Virus record (IMG/VR): IMGVR_UViG_3300031784_000176
Location: 1-26,408 of that record
Reading direction: 5' to 3' (one strand)
From: a virus
Taxonomy: Duplodnaviria > Caudoviricetes
Length of the DNA: 26,408 nucleotides
This document shows positions 23,700 through 26,408 of the stretch, piece by piece. The translations under genes and the position numbers were made by a program. Each line of letters opens with the position of its first letter. The stretch's first letter is position 1. The notes under the pieces were generated by a model. The model had not been told where the DNA came from. It did no database searches and saw nothing but the letters and a program-made list of their open reading frames with translations.

Positions 23700-24180
23700 T
23701 GGCTTTGTGCAGGATGCTGATGTGACGGCATGGGCATCAGCTACTACTGACCAAAAGAATCGAGCGCTGTTTACCGCTACCCAACGCTTGGATCGTGAGC
23801 GGTTTCTAGGCGCCCGCGCTACTGACACGCAGGCGCTGCAGTGGCCGCGTACTGGCGTGCGCAAGCCTGATACCTACATCAATACGTACGCTGTCGGCTT
23901 TCCGTTTCGCATCACGACGGACTACTACACCGACACTGAGATTCCGCAGCAGGTGCAGTATGCACAGGTTGTGCTGGCCACTTATCTCAACAACAACCCA
24001 GACGGCATTGGGCTAAGCGGGCTGGAAGACTACAAGTCCGTTAGCATCGGCAGCATTAGCGTTACGCCGAATCTTGGCTATGGCGCTGTTGGTGTTGACA
24101 AGGTGCCGCCGCTGATGGAGCGATACCTCACAGGGCTTAGAATTAGCGGACCAGGCAACTTCTCTATCCGCAGGAGCTAA
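23617..24180 (+). CDS. Head-tail connector/head completion protein (DnaT-like family)
   Basis: ANSYLTLA.A, ALFTATQRLD...F.G.R.TDTQALQWPR, IP.QV.YAQ..LA, SVSIGSISV. Confidence 0.8.
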   Translation: MAIAINATVGSASANSYLTLAAAQEIIDGFVQDADVTAWASATTDQKNRALFTATQRLDRERFLGARATDTQALQWPRTGVRKPDTYINTYAVGFPFRITTDYYTDTEIPQQVQYAQVVLATYLNNNPDGIGLSGLEDYKSVSIGSISVTPNLGYGAVGVDKVPPLMERYLTGLRISGPGNFSIRRS

Positions 24181-24182
24181 CC

Positions 24183-24410
24183 ATGGACGAGTACAGCATA
24201 GGTTTTGAGTACATTAGCGATACCGCTGCCCATGCCGGTAGGTTTTACAAGCTGTATGCAGTTGCTGATGCCGTAATCAGCACAGCTACCGTGCAAAATG
24301 CAACTGGCAATGCATTTACCTCCGTACCGCTTGGCGCAGGCGACGAGATTGAAGGTGTGTTTACCAGCGTGACCCTGGCTAGCGGCAAAGTTATTGCGTA
24401 CAAGATCTAG
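24183..24410 (+). CDS. Small beta-rich putative virion protein, paralogue 1
   Basis: 75 aa; aligns end to end with 24413-24661. Confidence 0.75.
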   Translation: MDEYSIGFEYISDTAAHAGRFYKLYAVADAVISTATVQNATGNAFTSVPLGAGDEIEGVFTSVTLASGKVIAYKI

Positions 24411-24412
24411 CC

Positions 24413-24661
24413 ATGAGTGACCCTAACTTTTTCGGTATTGATTACTCGATAGGGGCAACCTTTGTCAGTGATACCACCACCCGCGTGGGCCGCTGGGGTG
24501 CCATTCATTTCACAAGCAACACCCAAGTCGATACCATCATCGCGCAGAACTACGACGGAAACACGATATCCGGCCAGTCGTTCAGCGCTGCAACCACGCT
24601 GTACGGAGTCTTCACGAGTATTAAGCTGCAGAATGGCCACTGCGTCGCCTACAAGCTCTGA
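24413..24661 (+). CDS. Small beta-rich putative virion protein, paralogue 2
   Basis: 82 aa; shares YSIG..(F/Y).SDT....GR, QN..GN and GVFTS..L..G...AYK with the previous ORF. Confidence 0.75.
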   Translation: MSDPNFFGIDYSIGATFVSDTTTRVGRWGAIHFTSNTQVDTIIAQNYDGNTISGQSFSAATTLYGVFTSIKLQNGHCVAYKL

Positions 24662-25017
24662 TGGCACTTGCAGGACCGCTACGCAAGGTTGCCAGCAAGC
24701 TGATGGCAAAGTTTGGCGGTGTTGCCACCATCCGCCGTGTAACAACTGGCTCGTATAACGCCACCACTGGCACCGTCACTGAAACCACGACCGACGCCGT
24801 AGTGCGCGGTGTGCTGGAAGATGTCAACCTGCGCGAGGTTAATGACCTAATCCAAGCCGGCGACAAGCGCCTGTTGATTGCTGCTGCTGATATTGCAAAC
24901 GCGCCTACTACGGCCGATGAAGTGCTGATTAGCAGCGTGACGCATCAAGTGATCGAGGTGCGTACGATTGAGCAGGACAACACTGCCATCACATACGAGC
25001 TGATCCTGAGGGCATAA
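24661..25017 (+). CDS. Head closure/head-tail adaptor protein
   Basis: L..KFG...TIRR...GSYN..TG, LIQAGDKRLLI, P...D.V, Y.L.LR; position in the neck module; TGATG coupling. Confidence 0.75.
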   Translation: MALAGPLRKVASKLMAKFGGVATIRRVTTGSYNATTGTVTETTTDAVVRGVLEDVNLREVNDLIQAGDKRLLIAAADIANAPTTADEVLISSVTHQVIEVRTIEQDNTAITYELILRA

Positions 25018-25454
25018 TGGCGCGCACGATCCAGGTTGGTGATATTGGTGATTACGCCAGCCAGCAGATGGAGAAATTGCTGCGGGTTGCAGTGTTGGAA
25101 ACAGATAGCCGACTCAAACAGGCAAGCCCTGTCGATACAGGCAGGTTTCGCGTTAGCTGGCAGGTAGGGGAGAATGCGGCAGGCTCTTACGATGGCGGGC
25201 CACAGCAAGATCCTTCCAATGCGGATCGCTCGAAAACATCCCCGCCAAGCGGATTGATCGTGCCATTGCGCAGGATGAACTACCAACAGGAGAAGCTAGG
25301 CAACGTCTACAGCGTGCACAACAACCTGCCGTATGCAGAGTCTCTTGCCAATGGCAGCAGCAAGCAGGCGCCGGCGGGTTGGGTGCAAGGCATCGCCAAA
25401 GACATCCAAGGCTTTGTGCGCGTCAACGCTGACCGCATCGGGAGGGAATCATGA
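25017..25454 (+). CDS. HK97 gp10-like neck/tail completion protein
   Basis: SPVDTGRFRVSWQV, NNLPYAE.L..GSSKQAPAGWV. Confidence 0.82.
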   Translation: MARTIQVGDIGDYASQQMEKLLRVAVLETDSRLKQASPVDTGRFRVSWQVGENAAGSYDGGPQQDPSNADRSKTSPPSGLIVPLRRMNYQQEKLGNVYSVHNNLPYAESLANGSSKQAPAGWVQGIAKDIQGFVRVNADRIGRES

Positions 25455-25870
25455 GCAGCACCTACAACGACGTCCGTGCCGCCATTGAAGGGCGCATTGG
25501 CACGGAGATGGCGTTATCGCCTGCCTACCCTGTCAGCTATCAGAACGTAACGTTTACGCCACCCAACAACACACCATGGGTGCAGGTGTTTATCCGCTTT
25601 GGCGATAACAACTACGCCACATTGCTGCCGACTGGCACTGGATACAACCGCCAGACGGGCACGCTGGTGATCAATGTCTTCACACCGCAAGGGCAAGGCA
25701 CTGCCGCCAACTTCACGATCGCAGAGCGCATTAAGGATAAGTTTGATCGTTTGAACCTATCCGGCATCATCTTCGATGCGGCTTCAGGGCCAGCGCAGGT
25801 AACGCCTGCATCACCTGAGCCTTACTATCAAACTCAGGTTACGGTTACTTTTGAAGCCTACTTAGACTAG
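25451..25870 (+). CDS. Tail terminator protein (DUF4128-like)
   Basis: V.YQN..FTPP...PWVQV.I, G.LVINVFTPQGQG; sits just before the tail tube gene. Confidence 0.75.
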   Translation: MSSTYNDVRAAIEGRIGTEMALSPAYPVSYQNVTFTPPNNTPWVQVFIRFGDNNYATLLPTGTGYNRQTGTLVINVFTPQGQGTAANFTIAERIKDKFDRLNLSGIIFDAASGPAQVTPASPEPYYQTQVTVTFEAYLD

Positions 25871-25894
25871 AGGCAGCCACATACCGTTCACAAC

Positions 25895-26408
25895 ATGGCT
25901 ACTGTTCTGTCCGGTACGTCCGGCGCCCTTTACTACAAACCCGCTGGCACCAAGGCCACGTTCGGCGAAGCCGCCGTGGATGCCACTGATGATGAAATCA
26001 CAGTGGCTACCTTCCTGAACTTCAAGGTCGGCGATCCCGTGGTGTTCAGCGTTGTCAACACTGAAACCGGAGCCACCGGCACCGGCACCCTGCCTGGCGG
26101 CATCAGCGCAGCAACCACCTATTACGTGATCGCCTACACTGCCTCGACTGGCGTGCTGAAGGTATCCGCTACTGCTGGCGGTTCCAGCGTTGCGATTACC
26201 GACGATGGCACGGCTGTAACGCCTAACGCCTTCCAGGTGGATTACGCGGCCTATGCGGCAGTGGGCGACGTACGCGAGTGGTCGTTTGAGATCACCCGTG
26301 AAGAGATCGACGTAACCACCATCGGCCAGGCGCTTGGGCAGTATGCACCCTTCCGCCGTTACATCACCGGCTTTGCCGATGGCGAAGGCAGCTGCACCGT
26401 CTACACCA
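25895..26408 (+). CDS. Major tail tube protein, 5' part (runs off window)
   Basis: Open from ATG 25895 to the end: MATVLSGTSGALYYKPAG...VGDVREWSFEITREEIDVTTIG...RRYITGFADGEGS; absent from the ORF track because it has no stop. Confidence 0.85.
   Translation, partial: MATVLSGTSGALYYKPAGTKATFGEAAVDATDDEITVATFLNFKVGDPVVFSVVNTETGATGTGTLPGGISAATTYYVIAYTASTGVLKVSATAGGSSVAITDDGTAVTPNAFQVDYAAYAAVGDVREWSFEITREEIDVTTIGQALGQYAPFRRYITGFADGEGSCTVYT

Overview
26.4 kb segment of a GC-rich tailed dsDNA phage with siphovirus-type neck and tail genes. The host is probably a picocyanobacterium (Synechococcus/Cyanobium type); this is inferred mainly from a cyanobacterial AbrB-like regulator. Bases 1-9761 are a leftward early arm: small ORFs, DUF3310, SSB, HTH, Bet recombinase, HNH, RecE-like exonuclease, promoter-led accessory cassettes, RlpA-like protein, VRR-NUC, SF2 helicase and a helicase-DNA methyltransferase fusion. 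A compact divergent promoter region lies at about 9778-9813. The rightward arm holds an RHH regulator, primase-SF3 helicase, an iteron-rich putative origin, a beta clamp, terminase, AbrB-like protein, portal, minor head protein, a cluster of small very basic proteins, scaffold, major capsid, a decoration protein, an antisense HNH endonuclease, neck genes and the start of the tail tube gene. I found no integrase, tRNA or CRISPR array. The least explained signals are non-coding: a candidate 3-hairpin sRNA (192-268), an H-type pseudoknot (4273-4302), a three-way-junction RNA (5080-5157), four CUGCG-capped hairpins around the scaffold and capsid starts, and a recurrent TAnnnT element at near-constant spacing from rightward start codons. 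There is also a convergent hyper-basic/acidic gene pair in the head module. All family calls come from motif recognition by eye, not database searches.
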